Shown here: piece after piece, positions 47,789 through 56,305 of the stretch
Numbering within the stretch: the first letter of the stretch is position 1
Layout: every line of letters begins with the position of its first letter
From: Selenomonadales bacterium
GTDB taxonomy: Bacteria; Bacillota; Clostridia; Christensenellales; QALW01
Length of the DNA: 64,000 bases
Assembly: GCA_003150515.1 (NCBI GenBank)
Contig: QALW01000021.1
Span: 163,644-227,643, forward strand
Direction: 5' to 3'
Notes under the pieces: generated by a model
What the model saw: only the letters and a program-made list of their open reading frames with translations
The model's database searches: none
What the model was told of the DNA's origin: nothing
Position numbers and translations under genes: made by a program

Positions 47789-49060
47789 TCAGAACAAAGC
47801 TGCGCAAAGCTCCTTCAGCCGCGCGGCCGCGCGTTCCTTATCCACAGTAAGGCATTCCCCTTCTTTAACCAGCACGCGCCCGTTTACAATATTATAGCGA
47901 ACATCGCAGCTTTCAGCGCTGTATGCAATAATTCCATAGACGTCGTGCACAGGCTCTAAAAACAGAGAGGGATACAATACGAGCACATCGGCCGCGAAGC
48001 CCTCTTTAATCCTGCCTCCCTTATAGCCCAAAGCGGCCGCGCCGTTGACCGTGGCCATTTCAACAGCCGAATAAGCGTCAAGCGCCTGAGCGTCAAGCGT
48101 ATAGCCCTTTTGGAGCACAGAAGCCGTAAAGAGCTCCCTAAACATATCCAAATTATTATTGCTGCCGTTTCCGTCCGTCCCTAAGGCCGGCTTTATACCC
48201 GTTTCCAGCATAAGCTTGACAGGCGCTATGCCGCTGGCCAGCTTTAGATTGCTGACGGGATTATGCACGGGAATAATGTTATGCTCCAGCATTAACGACA
48301 TATCCTCCCTGCTCACCACCGTACAATGAGCGGCTATGGTGCTTTCAGGCAGGCCCAGGCTCGCAAGCCATTTAATGGGCGAGACGCCGTGCCGCTCCAT
48401 GCAGCCCTGAACTTCCGCGACAGTTTCGCTTGCATGTATATAAAACGGACTTCCCCAGCTTTTCGCCCGGCTTATAACTTCCCTGAGCGCGTTTTCCGAA
48501 CATGTGTATTCGGCGTGAGCCGAGGCCAGCACGTTAATCCTGCCCTCCCGGCCGTTATAGAGCTTATACATTTCTTCCAGTTCAGCCAGCCGGCGCTTTA
48601 AGCCGGCCTCGCCGTCTGCGTCCACAACATTTCTGCTTATAAACGCCCTTACGCCGCTCTCCAGGCAGGCCCGGGCTGTCCCCGTAACGTCCAGATACAT
48701 ATCGTTTACGCAGGCGCTGCCTCTCTCCAGGGCTTCGGCGCAGGCTATAAGAGCAAAATGATAAATCAGTTGATCGTCCAGCTTATCTTCAATCTTAAAA
48801 ATCCTCTCCAGCCATTTATTCAAGGGCAAATCTGAGGCAAAGCTTCGGAAGCAGCTCATGCCCAAATGCGTATGGGCGTTTACCAGGCCGGGCATAACTA
48901 TGCCTCCGCGCGCGTCAATAACTTCGGCGTTATCAGCATTAACCAGAGCCTCCCCCACATATTTTATTTCTGTGCCGCTGATTAAAACGCATCCGTTTCT
49001 ATATACAGCGCCGTCATCCATTGTAACTATATGCGCATTTTTGATTAAAATGTCTTTCAT
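47789..49060 (-). CDS. mtaD: Amidohydrolase, 5'-methylthioadenosine/S-adenosylhomocysteine deaminase type
   Basis: 423 aa. Contains the metal-binding motif NAHTHLGMS and the motif HASET. Has a 4-nt overlap with ahcY. Confidence 0.8.
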   Translation of the reverse strand: MKDILIKNAHIVTMDDGAVYRNGCVLISGTEIKYVGEALVNADNAEVIDARGGIVMPGLVNAHTHLGMSCFRSFASDLPLNKWLERIFKIEDKLDDQLIYHFALIACAEALERGSACVNDMYLDVTGTARACLESGVRAFISRNVVDADGEAGLKRRLAELEEMYKLYNGREGRINVLASAHAEYTCSENALREVISRAKSWGSPFYIHASETVAEVQGCMERHGVSPIKWLASLGLPESTIAAHCTVVSREDMSLMLEHNIIPVHNPVSNLKLASGIAPVKLMLETGIKPALGTDGNGSNNNLDMFRELFTASVLQKGYTLDAQALDAYSAVEMATVNGAAALGYKGGRIKEGFAADVLVLYPSLFLEPVHDVYGIIAYSAESCDVRYNIVNGRVLVKEGECLTVDKERAAARLKELCAALF

Positions 49061-50310
49061 AGCCCCTCCCTCTCGGCGTCGCCGTATAAATACTCTCTCT
49101 GCGCCGGGGAAAGCTCGTCAATAGCCGCTCCCATGCTTCTGAGCTTAAGCCGGGCTACCCGCTTATCCAATTCCTCCGGAACATCATACACCTTATTCTT
49201 CAGAATTGAATAATTTTGAGCTATATAGCGTGCGGTAAGAAGCTGCAAAGCAAAAGAAGTATCCATTATTTCGGCCGGATGTCCGTCTCCGGCGGCTAAA
49301 TTAACCAATCTGCCCTCAGCCAGCAGATATAATTTCCTTCCGTCCCGCATATAATAGCAATCAATATTTTTGCGGACGCATTCTTTTTTAACGGCCGCGC
49401 TTTCCAGAAACGCTTTATCCACTTCAACGTCAAAATGGCCTGCATTGCACATAATCGCCCCATCCCGCATTTGCTTCATATGGGCTTCAGTAATCACTTG
49501 CTTGCAGCCGGTAGCCGTTATAAAGAGCTCGCCCAGTTTGCACGCTTCCAGCATAGGCATAACTTCATAGCCGTCCATGACCGCCTCTATTGCTTTAAAT
49601 GGGTTTATTTCGCAGACAGTTACCCTTGCTCCCAGAGCCTTAGCGCGCATAGCTATGCCTCTTCCGCACCAGCCATAACCAGCTATAACCACTCTGCGCC
49701 CCGCCACCAGCAGATTAGTCGTGCGCATTATGCCGTCCCATACAGACTGGCCCGTGCCGTATCTATTATCAAAAAGATATTTGCTCATAGCGTCGTTTAC
49801 AGCAATCATGGGAAAAAGGAGCTCGCCTCTGTTTTGACGCGCGCGCAGCCGCAGCACTCCGGTCGTCGTTTCTTCAGCGCCGCCCCTGATATTCTCCGCA
49901 GCGTTTTTCAATTTTCCATGCAGCAGCGAAACCAGATCGCCGCCGTCGTCTATTATCTGATGGGGCTTATTCTCAAGCGTGCAGCACAAATGCCGTTCAT
50001 ATTCCTCCTCGTTCGCTCCATGAACTGCAAAAACTTCAACCTCCTGAGCAAGAGCGGCCGCAACATCGTCCTGAGTGGAAAGTGGATTGCAGCCCGTAGC
50101 ATAAACCTGAGCTCCTCCCGCTTTAAGGACTAAAGCCATATACGCCGTTTTAGCTTCCATATGGATGGACAAAGCTATTCTTATTCCCTCCAAAGGCCGC
50201 TCGCGCGCAAACTCTTCTTCTATAATATTTAATACAGGCATATGGGCGCGCACCCACTGTATTTTACGCCAGCCTTCTTCGGCCAGACTCATATCCTTAA
50301 TAAGGCTCAT
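49057..50310 (-). CDS. ahcY: Adenosylhomocysteinase
   Basis: 417 aa. NAD-binding motif GYGWCGRG. Full-length AhcY-type sequence. Confidence 0.93.
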   Translation of the reverse strand: MSLIKDMSLAEEGWRKIQWVRAHMPVLNIIEEEFARERPLEGIRIALSIHMEAKTAYMALVLKAGGAQVYATGCNPLSTQDDVAAALAQEVEVFAVHGANEEEYERHLCCTLENKPHQIIDDGGDLVSLLHGKLKNAAENIRGGAEETTTGVLRLRARQNRGELLFPMIAVNDAMSKYLFDNRYGTGQSVWDGIMRTTNLLVAGRRVVIAGYGWCGRGIAMRAKALGARVTVCEINPFKAIEAVMDGYEVMPMLEACKLGELFITATGCKQVITEAHMKQMRDGAIMCNAGHFDVEVDKAFLESAAVKKECVRKNIDCYYMRDGRKLYLLAEGRLVNLAAGDGHPAEIMDTSFALQLLTARYIAQNYSILKNKVYDVPEELDKRVARLKLRSMGAAIDELSPAQREYLYGDAEREGL

Positions 50311-50473
50311 GAAAGTTCTCCTTTTATAGATTAACGCTAAGATAATTATACAATAAAAAACGAAAAAACGCTATAAAAATCTAAAAATATATTCAGGGAA
50401 TCACTTGATATATTGTAAATAATTATATGTGTTATTTTGCCTGTTTTTTGCAATATTTTAATTGCAAAAATTA

Positions 50474-50658
50474 CTGAGGCCCGCAAATAAATAAGGCGCT
50501 CAAGCGCCTTATTTATTTGCGGGCCTCAGCCTCCTGGCAGGGGTATGCCAATAGTCTTAAAGCGCGGGCGGCTCGCGCTTTAAGACTATTGGCATACCCC
50601 TGCCAGGAGGAACAAATGACGGCCTATGTCCGGCAACGCCGGACATAGGCCGTCATTT
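50474..50658. repeat. Three tandem perfect long hairpins (cluster H4)
   Basis: Three hairpins: 26-bp stem at 50474-50529 (loop tcaa), 37-bp stem at 50530-50610 (loop ggcggct) and 21-bp stem at 50614-50658 (loop aac). All stems are perfect. Confidence 0.9.
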
Positions 50659-50687
50659 ACAAAAACTAATCTCTCATAAACAGAAAC

Positions 50688-51935
50688 TCACACATAAAAA
50701 GCATGATTTCCTAATATGCAATAGAGACTTCTATTTCTCGCCGCCCACGAATTAGTAACAGATTTATTATTAAAATATAAACTGTTGCCCACGGGCTTCG
50801 CTCCAAAATATGCCTCAATAGCCGCGTTTAAACTGGACTGCGAAGGAGTATTGGAAAAATAGCCTTTCTTGGCTGTGCTGAATTGATTCTTAGCAAATAT
50901 AACGCCCTCAATGGTGCCGTTAGTCTGCTTAACGCGATTCATTACAACACTTCCAACGGCCACCTGTCCTGTATAGCTCTCATGTCCTGATTCCGCATAA
51001 ATCAACTGCGCCAAGAGATAAATATCTTCTTTTTTGCTGCTGGAAAGCGAATCATATTTATCCTGAAGGGAACTTGAATCACTAGCAGTAAAATTAACTT
51101 CCTTGGAGCCGGAACTTTCTCCTTTGAGGGCGCTCTCTAATTTAGCAAACGTCTTAGTACCCGCAATTCCATCTACAACCAGACCGTTATCTCTCTGAAA
51201 ATCCTTAACTGCATCACGCGTTATTTCCAGAAACAGACCGGTAGAAGTAGCGTCAAAATAGCCGAGCTTTTTAAGCTGATTCTGCAATTCCTGCACTTTG
51301 CTGCCCTTGTCTCCGTAACGCAGAGTGCCCGCCTTGGCTATATATGTGCTGGTAGTGGTGGTAGTAGATTTAACGGATGTACCCGTCTCGCCTGAAGCGG
51401 AAACGCATTTGCCGGTTAATTTAGCAATGGTATCCTCTCCGACTATACCGTCCGCTTTCAAATTATTATTTTTCTGGAACTGCTTAACGGCGTTGTAAGT
51501 AAGCGAACCGAAATATCCAGTATCATATCTTGAGCCCAGATAACCCTTAATTATGAGCAATCTTTGTATTGCCCGTACATCCTCGCTTCTCTGCCCCATC
51601 TTATATACATCGCTGGTATCAAAAGAAGTGCTGTCAAATAAGGACATCAAAGTTTTGGGACCAACTACGCCTATAGCGTCTATGCCGTTGTCTTCCTGAT
51701 ATTCAATAACCGCAGCCTCAGTAATGGTACCAAAATATCCCGTAGTATGCTTCTGCTGCATGTATCCTAAATCAACCAGTCTCTGCTGTATAAGCTTAAC
51801 ATCATCTCCGCGGCAAGTAATCTCAAACTGTCCAACCGGCCGTTCCGAGGCCGCAGCCGCCGGAAACGCCATAATCATTACGGTTAAAACAAGCAATACT
51901 GCAACAATTAATTTACTCTTTAAAAATCGTTTCAT
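50688..51935 (-). CDS. sleB: SleB/CwlJ-family cell-wall (spore cortex) hydrolase with three PG_binding_1 repeats
   Basis: 415 aa with a signal peptide, three peptidoglycan-binding repeats (GYFG...AV..FQ..N.L..DGI.G..T) and a C-terminal Hydrolase_2 domain (LLAQLIYAESGHESYTGQVAVGSVVMNRV). Confidence 0.8.
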   Translation of the reverse strand: MKRFLKSKLIVAVLLVLTVMIMAFPAAAASERPVGQFEITCRGDDVKLIQQRLVDLGYMQQKHTTGYFGTITEAAVIEYQEDNGIDAIGVVGPKTLMSLFDSTSFDTSDVYKMGQRSEDVRAIQRLLIIKGYLGSRYDTGYFGSLTYNAVKQFQKNNNLKADGIVGEDTIAKLTGKCVSASGETGTSVKSTTTTTSTYIAKAGTLRYGDKGSKVQELQNQLKKLGYFDATSTGLFLEITRDAVKDFQRDNGLVVDGIAGTKTFAKLESALKGESSGSKEVNFTASDSSSLQDKYDSLSSSKKEDIYLLAQLIYAESGHESYTGQVAVGSVVMNRVKQTNGTIEGVIFAKNQFSTAKKGYFSNTPSQSSLNAAIEAYFGAKPVGNSLYFNNKSVTNSWAARNRSLYCILGNHAFYV

Positions 51936-52136
51936 CAGGTTTGCCTCCTTAATGCGCCTTAACAGGGTATGGGCGCTTCAAATTGCTACCCTATGGCAAT
52001 AATTATGCCTCTTGTTTTTAATTTATGCACGCATTATAACACGAGTGAAATGAAAATGCAATAGTTTTGTAATATTTAATTGTGAATTTTTTATGTGCGC
52101 CTTTTTACGAGGAAATATTTTAAAATTTTTCAGGCT

Positions 52137-52309
52137 GGCCCTGGGCGCGTAAACGCGCCCAGGGCCAAAGTCTCAATATAGCCCGGAAAGCTTTGCTTTC
52201 CGGGCTATATTGAGACTTTGCGCCCGGCCTAAAGGCCGGGCGCAGCCCTTTAAATAAACGGCCGATGGGCTCAAGATATCAAAAATGATATCTTGAGCCC
52301 ATCGGCCGT
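52137..52309. repeat. Four tandem perfect hairpins (cluster H5)
   Basis: Four perfect hairpins at 52137-52166 (13 bp, taaa), 52167-52219 (25 bp, ttt), 52220-52243 (10 bp, taaa) and 52258-52309 (24 bp, aaaa). Confidence 0.9.
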
Positions 52310-52347
52310 AATTTAAAAATAACTCAATTAAATCAGTTAAAAATAAA

Positions 52348-52629
52348 TTAAGATTCAGCTATTTCACTATTCTCAGGACTGGCATTATCCTCCGAAGCAT
52401 CCGAAGTCGCTCCCGAAGTAGCTCCAAAAGTTCCGTTTGACATTGAATTATACGGCGGCGTATAGTAATGCGTTGCCGTTTGAGTATTATCGGGCTTTTG
52501 CGTTTCTTCCGGCTTAACTGTCTGAGTATTTCTCTCTGGCGAAGCCGAAGGCAGCATATCATCCGCCGCACATGAACCCAAAATCAAACAAGCCGCGGCA
52601 ATTACACCCGCAACTAATGCTTTTTTCAT
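52348..52629 (-). CDS. Small secreted lipoprotein, unknown function
   Basis: 93 aa. Lipobox LILGSCAADD followed by a low-complexity Thr/Pro/Ser-rich tail. Confidence 0.5.
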   Translation of the reverse strand: MKKALVAGVIAAACLILGSCAADDMLPSASPERNTQTVKPEETQKPDNTQTATHYYTPPYNSMSNGTFGATSGATSDASEDNASPENSEIAES

Positions 52630-52878
52630 CTGTTCTCTCCTTCATAATATATTAATTTAAGCGCAATACCCCTTGCATATAAGCACACAGTTTTATTACG
52701 CTATAAAGAATATTGCGATATAGCAATTTCGGCATTAAAACTATAATGCGATGCTTATATATCAATAAGTAAATAATGCGTTAATATTATTATGCCGAAA
52801 AAAACAGAAAAAATTATATTATTTATTGGTATATGTCATTGCTTAACAACACATAAAAGTATTTTTTCACAATATCAG

Positions 52879-52905
52879 TTGCTAAAATGTTAAAGTTGGT
52901 ATAAT
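52879..52905 (+). promoter_or_regulatory. Putative extended -10 promoter of tyrS
   Basis: TTGCTA (52879-52884), a 15-nt spacer, then TGgTATAAT (TATAAT = 52900-52905). Confidence 0.4.
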
Positions 52906-52974
52906 ATAAATAATTAACAAAGCTTTGATTATTCTGTTCTGCCCAAAGAATAACAAAATTAAGGAGTGAAAAAA

Positions 52975-54198
52975 ATGGCAAACGTTTTGGATACTCTCAG
53001 AAGCCGCGGATTTGTCAAACAAGTGGTATTTGAGGAGGAGCTATATAAATTACTGGACAGCCAAAGCGTAACCTTTTATTCGGGATTTGATCCCACTGCC
53101 GACAGCCTGCATGTAGGACATTTCGTTCTGCTTATGGCCTTGGCTCATATGCAGAGGGCCGGTCATAAACCCATTGTGCTGGTAGGCGGTGGTACGGTTA
53201 TCATCGGTGATCCATCGGGACGCACGGACATGCGTCAAATGCTGGACGGCAATTCAATAAATAATAACGTAGAGCGATTTAAACAGCAGATTTCCCGGTT
53301 TATTGATTTTTCAGACGATAAAGCCCTGATGGTTAATAACGCCGAATGGCTGATGAATATTAATTACCTCGAATTTATGAGAGATATCGGCGTGCATTTT
53401 TCCGTAAACAAAATGCTTACAGCCGAATGCTTTAAATCCCGGATGGAACGGGGCTTGACTTTTTTTGAATTCAATTACATGCTGCTTCAGGCATACGACT
53501 TTCTGCGGCTGAACAGAACTGAGGGCGCAGTATTGCAAATGGGCGGCGACGACCAATGGTCCAACATGCTGGCCGGAGCCGATTTAATACGCCGCAAAGA
53601 GCGCAAGGATGCCTTTGTTTTAACCATTCCTCTGCTTACTACGGCTGACGGGCGTAAAATGGGCAAAACCCAGGCGGGAGCCGTATGGCTGGATCCTGAA
53701 AAAACTTCCCCCTATGATTTTTATCAGTATTGGCGCAATACTGACGACAGAGACGTGGAAAAATGCCTTAAGCTGCTTACTTTTCTGCCCCTCGACGAAA
53801 TCAGCGAGCTTTGCGCTTATAAGGATGAGCGCATTAATATGGCTAAACGCAGGCTGGCGTTTGAAGTATGCTCCATAGTACACGGCCGGGATGAGGCCGT
53901 AAAGGCTCAAAACGCCGCGGAAGCCGTTTTCGGAGTTGGAAATTTGGATAATATGCCCTCTTTGGAACTCCTCCGCAGCCAAACGGGCGAAAGCTTAAAA
54001 GTAGTAGACGCGCTGAGCCTGGCTCAAATGGTTAAAAGCAAGAGCGAAGCGCGGCGGCTTATTGAAGGAGGAGGCGTCTCGGTCAACGATATTAAAATTC
54101 AGAGCGTAGACGACTTTATTCCCGCCGAGGCCATGCAGGAGGGGCAATTCATTCTGCATAAGGGCAAAAAAGCGCATCTGCGCATTATATTAAAATAA
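52975..54198 (+). CDS. tyrS: Tyrosine--tRNA ligase
   Basis: HIGH-type motif HVGH, KMSKS-type motif KMGKT, and a C-terminal S4 domain. ATG at 52975 lies 8 nt after AAGGAG. The track's GTG at 52966 overlaps the RBS. Confidence 0.93.
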   Translation: MANVLDTLRSRGFVKQVVFEEELYKLLDSQSVTFYSGFDPTADSLHVGHFVLLMALAHMQRAGHKPIVLVGGGTVIIGDPSGRTDMRQMLDGNSINNNVERFKQQISRFIDFSDDKALMVNNAEWLMNINYLEFMRDIGVHFSVNKMLTAECFKSRMERGLTFFEFNYMLLQAYDFLRLNRTEGAVLQMGGDDQWSNMLAGADLIRRKERKDAFVLTIPLLTTADGRKMGKTQAGAVWLDPEKTSPYDFYQYWRNTDDRDVEKCLKLLTFLPLDEISELCAYKDERINMAKRRLAFEVCSIVHGRDEAVKAQNAAEAVFGVGNLDNMPSLELLRSQTGESLKVVDALSLAQMVKSKSEARRLIEGGGVSVNDIKIQSVDDFIPAEAMQEGQFILHKGKKAHLRIILK

Positions 54199-54845
54199 TG
54201 GAGACCTACCGTACCCTCCTTAATGACGGGAAAAGCGAATACATTATAAATAAATCCCGCTTTATCGCCCGCGCGCAGCATATTAACTGCCAGGAAGAAG
54301 CAGATAAAGCGCTTAGTGAAGAAAAAAAGGCGTATCCTGACGCTACCCATCATTGCAGCGCATATATTTTGGACCCTAAAGGGAATGTTGCCCGCTTTAA
54401 CGACGACGGAGAACCGCAGGGCACGGCGGGCAAACCCATTCTGGAGGTTATGCGCCGCCAGGAGCTTGCGCAGGCCATTGTAATTGTAACCCGCTATTTC
54501 GGCGGTATTCTTCTGGGCGCCGCCGGCCTTATCCGGGCATACGCGCATTCGGCCGCTTTGGCCGTTGAGCAAGCAGGGATATGCCAGATGTATAAAAGCG
54601 TGTTTTTTGAGCTTAAAACAGATTATAAGGAATTGGACAGGCTTAAATATCTGCTCTCTCTGCCCGAAAACAGCTTTATACGTCAGCTTGAAACCATATA
54701 CGCCGAACGCCCCGTCCTCAAAATGCTGATTAAAAAGGCGGACGCGGAAAACGCGCGGGAGAAACTAAATAAATATCTGTCCGGACGCTTAATACTGAAC
54801 ATATCCGAGGCTGGCTATATGCCTTGGCAAACGGATATTAAATAA
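54198..54845 (+). CDS. yigZ: YigZ / IMPACT-family protein (UPF0029)
   Basis: 215 aa: KSRFIARAQHI...HHCSAYIL...DDGEPQGTAGKPIL...VTRYFGGILLG. Typical YigZ sequence. Confidence 0.85.
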   Translation: METYRTLLNDGKSEYIINKSRFIARAQHINCQEEADKALSEEKKAYPDATHHCSAYILDPKGNVARFNDDGEPQGTAGKPILEVMRRQELAQAIVIVTRYFGGILLGAAGLIRAYAHSAALAVEQAGICQMYKSVFFELKTDYKELDRLKYLLSLPENSFIRQLETIYAERPVLKMLIKKADAENAREKLNKYLSGRLILNISEAGYMPWQTDIK

Positions 54846-54864
54846 TTTATTGAGGTGATATAAA

Positions 54865-55923
54865 ATGAGAATTCAAAAAGCTACGGTGCTTAAGGAAAAG
54901 CCCCAGGACGAAAATAAGCTTGGTTTCGGCCAGGTCTATACCGACCATATGCTTATGATGGACTATTCCCCCCAGGAGGGCTGGCATGATATGCGCGTCG
55001 TTCCTTATCAATCCCTGCCCCTGGATCCCGCCTGCATGGCTCTGCATTACGGGCAGGCTATTTTTGAGGGACTTAAGGCTTATAAGGGAAAGGACGGCCA
55101 GATACGCTTATTCCGTCCCAGCAGCAATTTCGAGCGCATGAACCGTTCGGGAGAAAGGCTTTGCATTCCGCCCATCAATGTTGATGAAGCGGTTAAAGGC
55201 CTGGAAGAGCTTATAAGAATAGAGCAGGATTGGATTCCTACCGCCCCCAACACCTCTCTTTATATTCGTCCTACCATAATAGCTACCGACGCTCATCTTG
55301 GAGTGCGCGCGTCCAATACATATCTGTTTTATATTATTCTCTCCCCCGTCGGCCCCTATTATAAGGAGGGACTTAACCCTGTCAAAATATTCGTGGAGGA
55401 CGAATATGTCCGCGCCGTGCGCGGAGGCACAGGCTTTACCAAATGCGCGGGCAATTATGCAGCCAGCCTTATAGGAAGCGAGCACGCCAAAGAGGTGGGC
55501 TATTCCCAGGTGCTCTGGCTGGACGGCGTAGAGCGCAAATATGTTGAAGAAGTGGGCTCCATGAACATATTCTTCGTTATAGACAACACTCTTATCACTC
55601 CTCCCCTGGAAGGAAGCATCCTGGGAGGCATAACCAGGGATTCAGTAATTAAATACGCCAAATATAAAGGCCTGAAAGTGGAAGAGCGCAGGCTGCCCAT
55701 TAAGGAAGTATTTGACGCCGCCGCTCAGGGCAGGCTGAACGAATGCTTCGGCACGGGAACCGCCGCCGTAATTTCTCCTGTAGGAATGCTGCGCATGGAG
55801 GATCAGGAAATAGTCATAAACAATAATCAGATAGGCCCCATGGCGCAGATGATGTATGATGAAATAACCGGCATACAATACGGACGTCTGGAAGATCCCT
55901 TCGGCTGGGTTATAAAGCTATAA
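54865..55923 (+). CDS. ilvE: Branched-chain amino acid aminotransferase
   Basis: 352 aa, class IV aminotransferase (HYGQAIFEGLKAY, GTGFTKCAGNYAAS). Confidence 0.92.
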   Translation: MRIQKATVLKEKPQDENKLGFGQVYTDHMLMMDYSPQEGWHDMRVVPYQSLPLDPACMALHYGQAIFEGLKAYKGKDGQIRLFRPSSNFERMNRSGERLCIPPINVDEAVKGLEELIRIEQDWIPTAPNTSLYIRPTIIATDAHLGVRASNTYLFYIILSPVGPYYKEGLNPVKIFVEDEYVRAVRGGTGFTKCAGNYAASLIGSEHAKEVGYSQVLWLDGVERKYVEEVGSMNIFFVIDNTLITPPLEGSILGGITRDSVIKYAKYKGLKVEERRLPIKEVFDAAAQGRLNECFGTGTAAVISPVGMLRMEDQEIVINNNQIGPMAQMMYDEITGIQYGRLEDPFGWVIKL

Positions 55924-55950
55924 AATATATTTTATAGCTGCCGCTTTAAA

Positions 55951-55980
55951 GGCCGCGGAATAATAATTCCGCGGCCTTTT
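55951..55980. terminator. Hairpin terminator after ilvE (convergent with the feo operon)
   Basis: ggccgcggaat pairs with attccgcggcc, followed by TTTT. Preceded by AAA. Confidence 0.75.
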
Positions 55981-56022
55981 CGCATTTAATTATAAAACGC
56001 TCCGCCTGCGCCGGCGGATAAA

Positions 56023-56184
56023 GCTAATTTTCCATATCTCCGTCCTGTTTGGAAGAACGCCCGGAACACTGCGCGCAGCCTGAGCAGCCCCAGCAGCGGC
56101 TTTTATTCTTTTTTCTGCGCAAATAAATCCTGCGCGCAGCCCAGGCTGCATAAAGCAGCAGAAGAATTATTATCACAGCCGCCA
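56023..56184 (-). CDS. FeoB-associated Cys-rich small membrane protein (53 aa), not in the ORF track
   Basis: Own translation gives MAAVIIILLLLYAAWAARRIYLRRKKNKSRCWGCSGCAQCSGRSSKQDGDMEN. It has one TM helix, a basic stretch and a CxxCxxCxxC cluster. It lies downstream of feoB on the same strand. Confidence 0.75.
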
Positions 56185-56205
56185 TTGAAAATTAAAAATC
56201 CTTTC

Positions 56206-56305
56206 GTTAGGCGATGCAAACAGGATACAATGCGTTTTGCAGGAAAAGCCCGCCGAGGGGAAAATCCTTCCACGCCCGGCGCATTATATCCTGATCCTAC
56301 CGCCT
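56206..56305. repeat. MITE-like repeat family, copy D (short form) between feoB and the Cys-rich ORF
   Basis: The left end ttaggcgatgcaaacaggatacaatgcgttttgc resembles the family end. The right end gcgcattatatcctgatcctaccgcct is its imperfect complement. It is followed by gacaatataagcaaag, a partial direct copy of the family terminus. Confidence 0.6.

Noticed and set aside
50311-50470. SAH or SAM riboswitch upstream of ahcY (and, at 60261-60577, upstream of the homocysteine-methyltransferase-like gene)
   Set aside because: Both leaders are AT-rich. They lack the conserved GC-rich helices and motifs of the SAH, SAM-I (S-box) and SAM-II/III/IV classes as far as I can judge by eye. This would need cmsearch to exclude formally.
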